Below, in pieces: positions 62,793 to 64,000 of a stretch of 64,000 nucleotides of DNA (within the stretch, counting starts at the first letter, position 1; every line of letters starts with the position of its first letter). The notes below the pieces were generated by a model, which was given only the letters and a program-made list of their open reading frames with translations, was not told the origin of the DNA and ran no database searches. The DNA is from Squalus acanthias (Eukaryota), in assembly GCA_030390025.1 (NCBI GenBank), contig JASTWF010000342.1, forward strand, positions 372,001 through 436,000. The letters are read 5' to 3'. The translations under genes were made by a program, and so were the position numbers.

Positions 62793-64000
62793 GGGCTGGA
62801 TTTTCCGCCCGGAGGCGGGATGGTGGCGGGTCTGTTGTTTGGCGGGTTCCGGTCCTGCTGCTGGTTGCAGCCGCCCTGCAATAATGATTTTCCCCAGATT
62901 GCCCTCATTAAGGACACCGTGCGTGCTACCGGGCCCAATCGGTGGGTGCGGGTTGGGTGATCGTGCTTGATGACGCACTAGAAGGCTCTATATTTAAGGG
63001 GGCCATATCCCCTTTGATTATGACTTTCTTTTTCTGCTCCCGAATGCTGGTTGCTGCAAGCATGGCAGTGCAACGGACCAAGGCTGCTCCCCGGTTTGAT
63101 GAGGACTCCCTCCATGCTCTTGTGAAGGGCGTAAGAGGATGCAAGGAGGTCCTCTTCCCTTCAGACGGAAGGAGGAAGCCTCCTCAACACACAAAGGCAG
63201 CCTGGCTGTAAATTGCTGAGGAGGTCAGTGCAAGGTCGGTCTGTACACGCACCTGGGTGCAGTGTAGGAAAAGGTTCAATGATCTGCTGTGCTCAGCAAA
63301 AGTGAGTATAACATCACACTTACCTTCAATCTGCTTCCCATCTCTTCTCATCCCCATCACTCTGCATTGGCAACCTACTCCTGCACATCCCAACTCACCC
63401 TAACATCCCTTGCAACCTTAACCATCCCTCTCTCTCGATGTACAGAATCACTTTACCATTCTACTATGCACCCGTCACACTCGCTCTCACTGTTATGCAA
63501 TGACAACAACTAACAATGCACAGGGATGGACCTTGGCATTGGCACCTCACTCCATCATTGTCTCACTCTAAACATCTATGTTATCCATTCTTTACACTCA
63601 CTCCATCAATCTCTCTGAAACTCCACTTGTATTCCTCATTGCAGGAAAAGAGAGCCAACAATAAGAGGGAGAGTGGGAGGACAGGAGGAGGCCCACCATC
63701 CATGGCGCACTTAACCACCACTGAGGAGGCTGCTATTGAGGTTGTCGGAGGTGCAGAGGAGCTGGAAGTGGAGGACGGAGAGACGGGCGTAGTACAGCAA
63801 GCTGGTGACAGAATAGATTTCCAACCCTCTGATTTTGCATTCATGAGTGTCTCATATGGGATCTGATGTTCATAGAAATTGAGTTCTGATCATCTGCACA
63901 ATGGGATGTGTCTGCAACCTACATATCACATGTCTAACTCATGCCTTTACCTCCGCCCCACAGGACCATCGAGAGCCCCCCTCCCCACTGTCCAGGAGGA
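62793..64000 (-). mobile_element. PIF/Harbinger copy E (family 1), inverted relative to A and C; runs off the window end
   Basis: TIR GGGCTGGATTTTCC at 62793; inserted in a CR1 fragment (62693-62792). Confidence 0.92.
63062..64000 (+). pseudogene. Myb/SANT-like partner gene of copy E (exons 63062-63301, 63645-63804, 63964->end) with in-frame TAA
   Basis: MAVQRTKAAPRFDEDSLHALV..KAAWL*IAEEVSARSVCTRTWVQCRKRFNDL; exon 2 reads EKRANNKRESGRTGGGP. Confidence 0.88.

Overview
Eukaryotic, almost certainly vertebrate genomic DNA with no recognisable host gene. The repeat set (CR1 LINEs with octamer tails, HE1/V-SINE-like SINEs, Penelope-type terminal repeats) points to a cartilaginous fish; that assignment is inference. 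The window is a deep stack of nested transposable elements. It holds five two-gene PIF/Harbinger DNA transposons (HARBI1-like DDE transposase plus a convergent three-exon Myb/SANT partner gene) in two families, and several deletion derivatives and MITEs. It also holds many CR1 LINEs (SGNH-esterase ORF1, APE-RT ORF2), L2, RTE and other LINE fragments, a 1.66-kb solo LTR with a 4-bp TSD, and palindromic Penelope-like terminal repeats carrying minimal hammerhead ribozyme motifs. Most notable: two independent Harbinger derivatives sit at the mirror-equivalent trinucleotide (the predicted hammerhead cleavage triplet) in both arms of one Penelope palindrome; one Harbinger keeps an open 422-aa transposase ORF while its Myb partner is dead; two diverged Harbinger copies share the same in-frame TAA; and one non-autonomous element carries AT-rich cargo. 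Coordinates were read by eye and may be off by a few bases, more for LINE ends.
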